Part shown: positions 51,446 through 63,000 of the stretch, in pieces
How the letters are laid out: every line of letters begins with the position of its first letter
Position numbering within the stretch: position 1 is the first letter of the stretch
Assembly: GCA_030704615.1 (NCBI GenBank)
Contig: CM060732.1
Location: 10,726,001 to 10,790,000 of the forward strand
From: Takakia lepidozioides
Lineage: Eukaryota > Plantae > Bryophyta
Reading direction: 5' to 3'
Length of the DNA stretch: 64,000 nucleotides
Made by a program: the position numbers and the translations under genes
The notes under the pieces: model-generated
What the model saw: only the letters and a program-made list of their open reading frames with translations
What the model was told of the DNA's origin: nothing
Database searches by the model: none

Positions 51446-52090
51446 CTAGATTGCAGCCGTTGTACCGCCCCTGTTGATGTTCACCACAATGTCGTGCCCT
51501 TCAATCATACCACCATCGAATATGGAAAGCTTCACATTTTCGTCGTCCACACCAATGCGAATGTCCCCATACAATGGAGAAGAGGAGCGCACTCCTTCAG
51601 GAGTATACGTCTCTCCGATGGAGTCCACCCACGTCCACTGGCAGTAGTTCCACCGCAACAGCATAGCAGTGCGCATTCTTCTGTATGGGTGCCCGTCGTA
51701 GCTGGGAAAATCGGAATCAAGGATGCGCAGGAGCCACGGACTCCTCAGACCAAGATCGTCACCCCGCTCGAAGGCGTGGTGGCTTGGGATATACTCAAAA
51801 GCGGACAATGTTTCCACATTCGAACCAGTTTCTTCTGTGTAAACTGTGTACCAGATAACGATGTCTCCCGATGTGGCCGAATACATTGCATAATCGAAGC
51901 CTCCATAAGGGCAGTCATCCCGGTTCCGGAGGCACGACATCCTTGCAAAGGAGGACCTGAGGACGTCTTTGATGCCGATGACAATGACCTTGCAGACAGC
52001 AACGAAGCCCTTAGATTTTCGAAATGATGAGAAGCGGAAGAGCAGTGCGGGCTCCAATAATGGAGCATCTGGGTCCCACGTACCCACCAA
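51446..52090 (-). CDS. Orphan protein A (~200 aa), paralog of 52461-53072
   Basis: Intronless ORF sharing F.RMSC.RN..DCPY...DYAM, SGDI..W, FERG, PW.L.I.D.D.PS, RWN.CQWT, YGDIR and DGGMI.GHDIVV with the adjacent ORF. Confidence 0.65.
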   Translation of the reverse strand: MVGTWDPDAPLLEPALLFRFSSFRKSKGFVAVCKVIVIGIKDVLRSSFARMSCLRNRDDCPYGGFDYAMYSATSGDIVIWYTVYTEETGSNVETLSAFEYIPSHHAFERGDDLGLRSPWLLRILDSDFPSYDGHPYRRMRTAMLLRWNYCQWTWVDSIGETYTPEGVRSSSPLYGDIRIGVDDENVKLSIFDGGMIEGHDIVVNINRGGTTAAI

Positions 52091-52176
52091 TCATCGTGTA
52101 ACGTGTTCATCACGCCAGTGGTGGAAGAACCGATACCTCTTTCTCATCCACGGGGTATAGTTTGAAATCTGCCACT

Positions 52177-52237
52177 GAAGTCCATCCCCCGGATGGAAAT
52201 TCGGCGCCGCATTTACATTGAAGGGGGGATGGACTTC
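52177..52237. promoter_or_regulatory. Operator-like hairpin between the divergent orphan ORFs, containing one array palindrome
   Basis: Perfect 14-bp inverted repeat GAAGTCCATCCCCC / GGGGGATGGACTTC enclosing ATGGAAATTCGGCGCCGCATTTACAT. Confidence 0.6.
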
Positions 52238-52460
52238 GACGTCTCGAGTGGCTATAGGCCCACCTGGCACTTACTGCCCATAGTTTGCATGGCAGGGAAG
52301 GAAACTGAAACGGCTACATTCATGGAGCAGCCAATCTTCATCCGTGCAGGTTCCTGTAGGGGGGAAATTTAAATGTGCCCTGGAGTGTTTGTGAGGAATT
52401 GCAGCGTTTGCTTGAACTTCTTCCAGCCACCGCGCCGCTGCCTCCTCCATCCGGGAGCTG

Positions 52461-53072
52461 ATGTCATTGAGCGTACTCCGCTACACTTTTTCAAGGATGT
52501 CGTGCCGCCGAAATCCTGCTGACTGCCCTTATTATGGCCATGATTACGCTATGTTCAAACCAGAATCAGGAGACATCATTGTCTGGCTCTCTGTTTTCAC
52601 AGACGCTTCTGGAATCAAGCGGGAGTCTTTGCGCGCAATGGAGTATTTGGAGGGCTATTACCGCTTTGAGCGAGGTGAGGGCGAGGGTCAATGCGGTCCG
52701 TGGGTCTTGAAAATTGTTGACCTCGATATACCAAGCTGGAATGGGATGCCAGACAGATCACGCACGGCCTCGCTTTGGCGCTGGAACTGCTGCCAGTGGA
52801 CCAGGGAGGACGGCACCGGGGAAAACTATATTCGTGGAGTTCACTCCGCTCTTCCAGTGTATGGAGACATTCGGCTGAGTTGCGAAGACAAATCGCACGG
52901 GCACATGTGGCCCACAGTGACCTTGTCAATGTATGATGGTGGTATGATTGATGGGCATGACATTGTCGTCAGCTCCACCAAGGGCACCAGAACGACCGCA
53001 TTGCAGTTTACCTCGAGGTGCCGCATCAGTAATGTGCTTGTTTTGAGGGCTATCGAAGTTCCGTCGACTTGA
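52461..53072 (+). CDS. Orphan protein B (~200 aa), paralog of 51446-52090
   Basis: Same shared motif blocks; open frame despite clear divergence from ORF A. Confidence 0.65.
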   Translation: MSLSVLRYTFSRMSCRRNPADCPYYGHDYAMFKPESGDIIVWLSVFTDASGIKRESLRAMEYLEGYYRFERGEGEGQCGPWVLKIVDLDIPSWNGMPDRSRTASLWRWNCCQWTREDGTGENYIRGVHSALPVYGDIRLSCEDKSHGHMWPTVTLSMYDGGMIDGHDIVVSSTKGTRTTALQFTSRCRISNVLVLRAIEVPST

Positions 53073-53348
53073 TGACGCCATTGTAGAAAAGGAGGAAGGG
53101 CTTAGATTTGTCTCGAGTTGCTAAATGTGAGACACCGTGTTCGATCAATAAAACAACCCATCGTACCTCATTCTGTGTGCTTGTGTTTCATTGTGTCAAG
53201 AATTGCCGTAATTGGCCCACTGTTTACAATTTGTGGTCTCATTTCTACAATGTGTCTGTCCATATGAATAAACCAGAATCAGCGATATCAGAGTCCTGAG
53301 GTGAAGGAAATCCATGTATGAGTAAAAGGAAACATGTACATGCTGAAG

Positions 53349-54412
53349 CTCGGAAATTCGGCACCGCATTTCATTTTTCTCCCTGCAGCGATTTTTGGCA
53401 GCTCTCTTTCCTCCGTTGTGGTCGTAACGGAAATGTTGTACCGCATTTCATTTCTTGACATGGCATTACCATACTTCGAATTGGAAATGCGGCACTGCAT
53501 TTCCATATTGGACCTTGAATTGTCCAAGCATGTCCAATCGCCAATGCTTGTCCATGTCCATTCTGGAAATACGGCACCGCATTTCCATGTCGTCATCGAA
53601 ATTTCGTACTGGACAATGGAATGCGGCACCGCATTTCCATGTTCGTCATCAAAATTTCGTATTGGACAATGGAATGCGGTGCCGCATTTCTGTCCAGCTA
53701 GACGGAATACCCACACGGGTCTGGAATTGGACAAACAACGATGTGGGCCTTGGAAATGCGGCACCGCATTTCCATGTTTGGCAATCGAAAGTTCTTATTG
53801 GACAATGGAATGCGGTGCCGCATTTCCGTCCAACACGATGGAATGCGGTGCCACATTTCCGTCCAAGGGTCTGGAATTGGACAAACAACGATGTCCGTTC
53901 TGGAAATGCGGCACCGCATTTCCATGTCCGTCATCAAAATTCGTATTGGACAATGGAATGCGGTGCCGCATTTCCGTCCAACAAGACGGAATGCCCACAC
54001 GGGTCTGGAATTGGACAAACAACGATGTCTGTTTTGGAAATGCGGCGCCGCATTTCCATGTTTGGCAATCGAAAGTTCTTATTGGACAATGTAATGCGGT
54101 GCCAGCATTTCCGTCAAGGGTCTGGAACTGGACAAACAACGATGTCCGTTCTGGAAATGCGGCGCCGCATTTCCATGTCCGCCGTTCACCTCCGCATGCG
54201 CATTTCCATTTACCTCCATGGAAGGAGCTGGCAATCGGCAAAACTGTCGTGTCGAAAACGGAATGCGCATTTCCGTTCGGTTTCTGATGTCCAAACCATG
54301 AAACGGAAAATTGTTCTTGCCCCGGTTTTGGAAATGCGGTGCCGCATTTCCAAACGAGGTTTTTGCAGTTGCATTTCCGTTCCTACATGGAAATGCGGTG
54401 CCGCATTTCCGA
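53349..54412. repeat. Array 2: ~17 copies of the same palindromic core with a different spacer set
   Basis: GGA(A)ATGCGG-NN-CCGCATTTCC with spacers such as gttcgtcatcaaaatttcgtattggaca and gggtctggaattggacaaacaacgatgt; centre-to-centre distances mostly 52-54 or ~80 bp. Confidence 0.9.
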
Positions 54413-54559
54413 TTTTGGGAGGGACGTGGTTTGGACGATGGTTGTCGTTGAGAAGCACATGGGAGAGGGGACATGAAGGACGGGGAGAATTTCCTTTATA
54501 TACTCTGGAAGAGAATTTAAATGTACAGAGAGTTCATTAAAATTCTATTAATCTTGAAA

Positions 54560-57500
54560 ATCATCACTATCGTCGTCCTGTCCTTGACTGTCCTGCTCCG
54601 CCTCCACCCCGTCATTGCCTTTCTCATCTCCAGCGGACTGCTCGTTGGCCAGGCTTTCGAAAATCCCATCTTCCCCTTGCGGAACCGACCATCTCACCTC
54701 CGTTGGGTCGTCGTCCTCCCTGTCTGCATCGCTCATCCGCTGAATCACATATGAACTTTCGCACCCGTCTACCTGTCTCAGCTGTTGCCAACTCTTTCCT
54801 TATCCTTCTGTCCTCCCTAGCCCTCTCCAAAATCTGCTCTACTTTACTGGGATTCTCACATCGTCTAATCGCTGTATTTGCGAGTTTAGCTGCATAACTA
54901 GGAAGGGAGTAGTCCTTCACCGGGCTCGTCATGAAGTCGGCCCTCGCAAAGAACGGGACATTCTTCCTGGCAGGAAGTGTAGGCCCTACATGTTTCGACC
55001 CGGATCCTGGAATCCTGCACATAACAATCACCAACGAGACCAATGAGAACCACAGTCCGGAAATGCGTTTGACAAAAAATCACCCAGAAGGCTTTGCAAA
55101 CTTACAATGTTTGCACTCACTCGTATTCCGGGTTCTCCTCGGCATCAATGTCCACTGTCTCTTCCTCCGACTCCGACGAATCCGAGGAGTCTTTGGCTTC
55201 GATGGGAGCCTTCACATTCCGTTGAAGCCCTTCCAGATGGGATCCCCAGACGGATGTGTCCTCCTCGTAGGCAAAGAGGTGCCGGTCGGAAAACCGCCCA
55301 GCCCACATTGAGGCACCTGTTACAATGCCATCCACACACATGGCCCTTCAGATGTTGCGAATTAAAGCATAACGAGAATTTGCAGAACAGCATAGAACAA
55401 GATTCTGCATACTGTCCCACAGATGAGGTCGAGCACTGTGCCCTCCACGTCAGTGCATGTCTCCATAATTGTCTGAATGAAGGCAGGGCTCCGAGTCCGT
55501 GAATACCGCAGGGGTTCCGTTGAAGTGAGGCTATGAGGGAGAAGTTCCGTGGGAACGTTGTTGAACAGGACGTCGTAATCGATGGGGTCGCAGTTCGGGT
55601 CAACCAACAATCCTTCCTTCCGGTGGAGTTCTCCTTCACAAAGCAGTATGCATCGAACTGCTTCGTCTGCATACACAGTGGGGAACGATTAGAAATCGAA
55701 TGCGGCACCGCATTTCAAAACACCTAAGAAAATGAAAGGACGAGTGCCAATGTCGTAATTACCTTCTTCCCTTCCGACCGAAGGCCCAATGTGTTGATGC
55801 ACGTCCACTTCTTCTTCAGAATTGGGACGGCGCTCTTGCGGGTCCACTTCGCAATTCCTGTCTGCGTGTTTTTGCCTCTGCTCGCCAGGACAACCACACA
55901 GCCTCGTCGTCCAAACACCATGCGGGCGAGCCCGAATCCTTTCTTCCAAAAGTCCTCGAGTACCTGTTCCAAGATGGCAAAGCTTGCAGTCCTTCCACAG
56001 GCTCTCCGTCCGGAATATCCAAGATGATCATATCGCAAGACCACTCGGTGGCATTTCCGCCCCTCCTACAATCCTTGTCTGCACACACCCTCTCAAAGAA
56101 CGAGACCATCTTCAGAAACCCAGGGGTGTCGGAAGGCTCTTCGGCAGCCGCCTTCTTCAGTGCTCTGCCCTTCAGACCCTCCATGGTCTTCATGTATGCC
56201 AACTTGGCTGCCCGTCCATCCAAAGCCGCCAAGAAACTCTCATTTACACACTGGACTACTGTATCGGGATCCACTTTCGGCCTCTTCATTTCCACCGGCT
56301 CGAAAGGGTGCCCCCCCGGGGGGTTGAAGAGTGCCTTCTTTGCCGAGCCTGTTCTCGTCCCTCTCGTGACAACGGTGGGCACAGGGGATTTCGGCTGCGT
56401 TTCGGGGGGTGGGCTGGTTGCAAAGTCTCCATCGGAGTCCTCTTCGTCACCCTCTTCCTGCTCTATCTGTTTCTGCTTCTTCGTTTTCTTGGGTGTCACA
56501 ACTGCTGCTCCTTGCTGGCGAGTCCTCTTCTTCGACCCCTTCTGTTGAGCCTGCACAGCTGCATCCACCGTCTTCTGTGCCATCTCAGCTGCCTTTCTGG
56601 ATTGTTCCAGAGCAGCAGCAGCTTCCTTTGCCGACTTTGGCCCAGCAGGGACACGTCTTTCCTTTCTCTTCTCTTCTGCTTTCGCGTGCAGATCTTTCTC
56701 AGACTCGTCAACAATTCCGCCAGACATGTCCAGGTACCACGGGCATCCAACGAGATGCGCGGCATGCCATTGTTTCTGCATCTCGGGTGTGTAGACACAG
56801 CTTGGGCCCGCCATGGTCCAAGCCATGAAGAACGGGGGCTCTTGAGCCAGGGCCCCTGTCTGAAGAAGCACGTATTTCATATACCTGCAGGGCAGTCAGC
56901 ATGCGTGAGCAAAAGTTGAGACCAACGTACTCGCAGAGTGCAACCGAAAACATAAAATGCGAATGCGGTGCCGCATTTCCCAGACAAACTCATAACCAGG
57001 CTTCGCATACAAGGGCAGCTGGGCTTCACCTGTAAACAATTCGCATTGCAGCTTTTCCCGCTCCCTCCTGATGTGTAAACTCCACGCTCCTTCTTGCTGT
57101 CTGCAGCTCCCTGGCGAAGAGGTTGTCCTTGTACGCACATCTGAAACGTGTCACGTAGTCTTCCAATGTCTGTGTTCCATCCCATTTGACGTACAAGCCG
57201 AACGAATTTGTATGCATTACGACTTGCTCCTTCGCATTCGTCATTACCTGCGATTCCCACATGCATTGTCACGTAGCAGTTCAGGGAATTCATTTCAGAA
57301 AAGCAAATTGGGGAAGTACCTTGAATTACCTGGAACCACCAAGTCATGCGGTTGAGCCACACATCCACTGCAGGGTCGGAAACTTCGAGTGGAAAAGACC
57401 ACATTGTCCTTATACTCTCCGATGCATTCCAGATCGACAGCCACCGTGTCTGCCATTTCCGATCCAATGTCAGGAGCATTGCTAGGAAGGAACTTCAGTG

Positions 57501-59740
57501 CATTGAAACCTCACCTTCTCTTTCGCCTCAACACATGCCGTTGAGAGGTGATGCAGTTTCTCCAACTGCATGGTCGGCTGCATGGCCCGAGAATAGTGTT
57601 TTGCAATCTCGGGGATGAAGTCCTTTCCAAGTGCCGGATCTGCAATGGCCACCAGCTTCACAAGCTTTGACTTGTATTTGTTCTGGACTTGACCCCGGCT
57701 TCCTTCAAGTGCTCAGTCAATGACTGCAACGTTTTGACTTGCCCCTCACTTTCCATGAAGAAGCGTTTGGCATGGGCCAAATCCAGCTTGATGTTTGACT
57801 GCCAACAAAAACATGCAGAAGCGTTACATTCGATTCATGTGGAAAGATTACTGAAAATTGGGGAAGGATGAGCAGAGGGAAATAGGAGGACGACTTACTT
57901 CGTATATCACCTCCACCATTCCATCCATAGTGAGACGATACCATGTCCGGTCAGTTTTTGCCACGGCTTTCTGAATGAGCTCGGGCTCCAGCATTTCCGC
58001 AAACATGTGCGGATCAGTGAGACCAGTTTTCCTCACCCTGTACAGCATATGTGCCATGTGGGTATGCACGTACGCATTTTCAGTGACCCTGCAAGGCACA
58101 CTCTCCAGTTCAGTCCACGGAAGCACGGAAACAAAACAGATTGGAAACCGAAATGCGGCACCGCATTTCGAACGTGCTTGGGAGGGTATGAGTATCTTAC
58201 GAGTTGAGGTCGCCATGGCATTCTTGAGCAGGGAGGAGTCTGCCGCCTTCACCTTGAGGATGACACACTCCACCATGTAATGCCAGCCAAATGCTTGGCA
58301 TGGTTCTGCTTGATGTACTCCCACCAGGCAAGAAGTCGGTGATTCCCGTCCCACACAAAGAACATTTTACCCGACATATGGCGAAGTCTGGATCACCCTT
58401 CAGCGTTGCCTCGAATTGTCGTTGCGAGTGTGCCAGTGGGTATCCCATGTTGACAATTCATCGCAGTGGGTCCACGAGTTTCGCCGTCCTCATTCTCAAT
58501 GGAAACGTAGAAGGCTGGCGAACCTAGACGGTACCCTTCTCGAAATGCGAACTTGAGCTTATCCACATCTCCGGGAAGTGCCTGCCTGACGATGGGAAGG
58601 GAGACCATGCGACAGAGTGGGATTCGAAGAGTCCGCTGGAATACCTGCTGCCCAGAACTCTGCCAATGCTATGTGTGTCTCTCCAACATTGTATCCGCTG
58701 CACTTTGGAATTCCTCCGGAGACATTTTCTGCAGGTGGCAGTAGGGGCTGAGCAGCTGGAGCATCCCCAACTGGAGCTGCACTCTGGGGAATCTTTGCGG
58801 GCAATTCTGCCATTGCAGAGGCCTCCTCCGGGCCTGCAGTATTATGAAGATCTTCCTCAACGGTGGTCAGGTCTTGCTGCGAACGTTGAGCGGCAGCACC
58901 CTCCTCCGGTAACAGATCGACGAAAGTCGATCCCATTGCCTTCGCTGCAGCAGAGATGCCCCCAACATCACCAGCTGGAAATCAAGCAGGAACTGGGCTT
59001 CAGCTCGTGGAATTAGTTTTGCGGGAGACTGCTCCGCCCTCCCCTGATTGCCTTGTGCTTCCTCATTCTTGCAGGTGAAGGTGTCTGCTGCAATGAATCT
59101 GCCCTGTACCCTTCTGCTTCATTTGCCTGGGGGGGGGGAAACGGCGTGGTCCGGTTCAGAAACCAGTTGAAGGACGGGCTGCTTCTTCTTCGTCTTTACT
59201 GGAGAAGGGCCCGACCCCTGTTGGCGATTCTCCATGACCTTCGAAAGCGAGTCGCTCTCTGGGGTTTTGAACTGCAAAGACTTGCCTTCGAAGCCACGTC
59301 CTTGAAAGCACAACCCCGCCGGCTCTGGTGTGCGTGCTGCAGCTAGCTCCACGGACTCTTCCTGCGGCTCTTTGGATTCATGCGATCCCTCCAGCACGTC
59401 CACCTTTCCGGTTAGGCATGCAAACATCTTCTGCATGCAAGTCTCCTAGCATACAGTCTAAGAATTGCAGAAGAAAAACGAGGGGGTTTCGGTGCTCGAT
59501 CAGCTGCGCGCATCCCGATAGCACGGAGCTCTCACTGGTGGCTGGGTTGCCTGCGTGGCTTGCTGCTGCAAGATGGCAATCTCCTCCTGTAGACGCATCT
59601 GCTTCCGCCCCTTCGGCATTGGCCTACGTCCGAAGTACAATTTTTGGAGCTTGCGACGATGTCTCTTCACTGGTGCACAAACTCCCTCCCTCTCAGGTTC
59701 GAGCATAAGAAGAAAAGAGACAGGGAAAAGGGCGAAGAGT
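54560..59740 (-). pseudogene. Multi-exon gene: low-complexity N-terminus, ParB/Srx-like domain (~58200-58640), helical region, beta-class N4-cytosine/N6-adenine DNA methyltransferase-like domain (~55240-56040), acidic tail; frameshifted
   Basis: RIPLCRMV..PIVRQAL..DVDKLK..F.EGY and VWDGNHRL (58336-58350); CDMIILDIPDG (motif IV, 56008-56019) preceding RSPAFIQTIMETCTDVEGTVLDLICGT|GASMWAGRFSDRHLFAYEED (motifs X-I-II). Confidence 0.7.
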
Positions 59741-60014
59741 GCAGATGAAAGGGCGCGAGAGGGGTGACTGAGTAGACACGACAAAAAAAAGAGATGAAAC
59801 GGCGGTGATGCACCACTTGGGTTCGAAAGGCTTGGACGAAAGTGTCTCCTCGTGGACTATGCGTCATTACGAAATTTGAATCGTCAAGGGTACGCCTGCC
59901 GTCCGAAAAACAAACATCATTAACCAACGGTCAGGCCGCGCCGCCTCCTGCCACTTCAGTCAGATAGAGTGCAAACATGTGCCGCAATTCTGTTGGTCCC
60001 CGTGTTCACATATC

Positions 60015-63000
60015 ATGGCATTTCCGTCCCAGCGTCTGATGAGTTAGAGTGAAAACGCAAATGCGGCGCCGCATTTCCGTTAAGTACCATCCCGAAGCTA
60101 CACATACCATACTTGTTGGACGAAAATGCGGCAACGCATTCCGTTCCACCTTCACATACCTTAGTTGTTGAACGGAAATGCGGTGCCGCATTTCCGTCCC
60201 ACAGCTCCATGCCTGAGATACAAAAGGGAAATGCGGCGCCGCATTTCCGTTCTGGAATGTCGGAAGGTGCGACTCGGACGAAAATGCAGTGCCGCATTTC
60301 AGTTCCAGTGATTCACGATTTTCAGTCAAAATGGAAATGCGGTACCGCATTTCCGTTCTAGAGAGTATGAAGGTCTCCCCCGGACGGAAATATAGTGCCG
60401 CATTTCCGTCCCACTCCTCAACGCCATAGATACAAAATGGAAATGCGGCGCCACATTTCTGTTCTGGAATGTGGAAAGGCGACTCGGACGGAAATGCAGT
60501 GCCGCATTTCAGTTCCGGTGGTTCACGATTTTCAGTCCAAACGGAAATGCGGTACCACATTTCCGATCTGGAGAGTATGAAGGTCTCCCCCGGACGGAAA
60601 TGCGGAGCCGCATTTCCGTCCCACAGCTCCATGCCTAAGATAGAAAATGGAAATGCGGCGCCGCATTTCCGTTCTGGAAAGTCGGAAGGTGCGACTCGGA
60701 CGGAAATGTGGTGCCACATTTCAGTTCCGGTGGTTCACGATTTTCGTTGTGGGACGGAAATGCGGTACCGCATTTCCGTTCTGGAGAGTACGAAGGTCTC
60801 CCCCGGACGGAAATGCGGTGCCGCATTTCCGTTCAAGAATGTCGGAAGGTGCAACTCGGACGGAAATGCAGTGCCGCATTTCAGTTCCGGTGGTTCACGA
60901 TTTTCGCTGTGGGACCGAAATGCGGTACCGTATTTCCGTTCTGCAGAGTATGAAGGTCTCTCCCGGACGGAAATGCGGCACCGCATTTCCCTCCCACGGC
61001 TCCATGCCACAGATACAAAACGGAAATGCGGTGCCGCATTTCCGTTTTGGAATGTCGGAAGGTGCGACTCGGACGGGAATGCGGTGCCGCATTTCAGTTC
61101 CAGTGGTTCATGATTTTCAATCAGAACAAAATGCGGTACCGCATTTCCATTCCACCTTCACATACCTTAGTTGTTGAACAGAAATGCTCTGCCGCACTTC
61201 CGTTCTGGAGAGTATGAAGGTCTCACCCAGACGGAAATGCGGTGCCGCATTCCCGTCCCACAGCTCCATGCCTAAGATACAAAACGGAAATGCGGCGCCG
61301 CACTTCCGTTCTGGAATGTCGGAAGGTGCGACTCGGACGGAAATGCGGTGCCGCATTTCAGTTCCGGTGGATCACGATTTTCAGTCAGAACGGAAATGTG
61401 GTACCGCAGTTCCGTTCTGGAGAGTATGAAGCCCTACCCCGGACAGAAATGCGGAGCTGCATTTCTGTCCCACATTTTCGTGCCTAAGATAGAAAATGTA
61501 AATGCGGCGCCACATTTCCGTTCTGGAATGTCGGAAGTAGCGACTCGAACGAAAATGCGGTGCCGCATTTCAGTTCCGGTGGTTCACGATTTTCGCTGTG
61601 GGACGGAAATGCGGTACCACATTTCCGTTCTGGAGAGTATGAAGGTCTCCCCCGGACGGAAATGCAGTTTCACATTTCCGTCCCACAGCTCTATGCCTCA
61701 GATATGAAACGGAAATGCGGCGCCGCATTTCCGTTCTTGAATGTCGGAAGGTGCAACTCGGACGGAAATGCTGTGCCACATTTCAGTTCTGGTGGTTCAC
61801 GATTTTTGCTGTGGGACCGAAGTGCGGTACCGTATTTCCGTTCTGGAGAGTATGAAGGTCTCCCCGGACGGAAATGCGGCACCGCACTTCCCTCCCACGG
61901 CTCCATGCCACGGATACAAAACGGAAATGCGGTGCCGCATTTCCGTTCTGGAATGTCGGAAGGTGCGACTCGGACGGAAATGCGGTGACGCGTTTCAGTT
62001 CCAGTGGTTCACGATTTTCAGTCTAAATGGAAATGCGGTACCGCATTTCCGTTCTAGAGAGTATGAAGGTCCCCCCCGGACGGAAATGCAGTGCCGCATT
62101 TCCGTCCCATTCCTCAACGCCTCAGATACAAAACGGAAATGCGGCGCTACATTTCCGTTCTGGAATGTGGGAAGGCGACTGGGACGGAAATGCGGTGCCG
62201 CATTCCTGTTCCGGTGCTTCACGATTTTCAGTCGAAATGGAAATGTGTAACCGCATTTCCGTTCTGGAGAGTATGAAGGTCTCCCCCGGACGGAAATGCG
62301 GAGCCGCATTTCCGTCCCACAGCTCCATGCCTAAGATAGAAAATGGAAATGCGGCACCGCATTTCCGTTCTGGAATGTCGGAAGGTGCGACTCGGACGGA
62401 AATGTGGTGCCGCATTTCAGTTCTGGTGGTTCACGATTTTCGCTGTGGGACGGAAATGCGGTACCGCATTTCCGTTCTGGAGAGTATGAAGGTCATCCCC
62501 AGACGGAAATGCGGTGCCGCATTTCTGTCCCACAGCTCCATGCCTGTGATATAAAACGGAAATGCGGCGCCGCATTTCCGTTCTGGAATGTCGGAAGGTG
62601 CAACTCGGACGGAAATGCAGTGCCGCATTTCAGTTCCGATGGTTCGCGATTTTCGCTGTAGGACCGAAATGCGGTACCGTATTTCCGTTCTGGAGAGTAT
62701 GAAGGTCTCCCCCGGACGGAAATGCGGCACCGCATTTCCCTCTGACGGCTCCATGCCACAGATACAAAACGGAAATGCGGTGCCGCATTTCAGTTCCAGT
62801 GGTTCATGATTTTCAATCAGAACGGAAAAGCGGTACAACATTTCCATTCCACCTTCACATACCTTAGTTGTTGAATAGAAATGTTGTGCCGCATTTCCGT
62901 TCTGGAGAGTATGAAGGTCTCAGCCGGACGGAAATGCGGCGCCGCATTTCGGTTGTGGAATGTCGGAAGGTGCGACTCGGATGGAAATGCGGTGCCGCAT

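Noticed and set aside
55822-56919. 365-aa plus-strand ORF
   Set aside because: It is the antisense shadow of the low-complexity exon of the minus-strand ParB-MTase gene and has no recognisable motifs.
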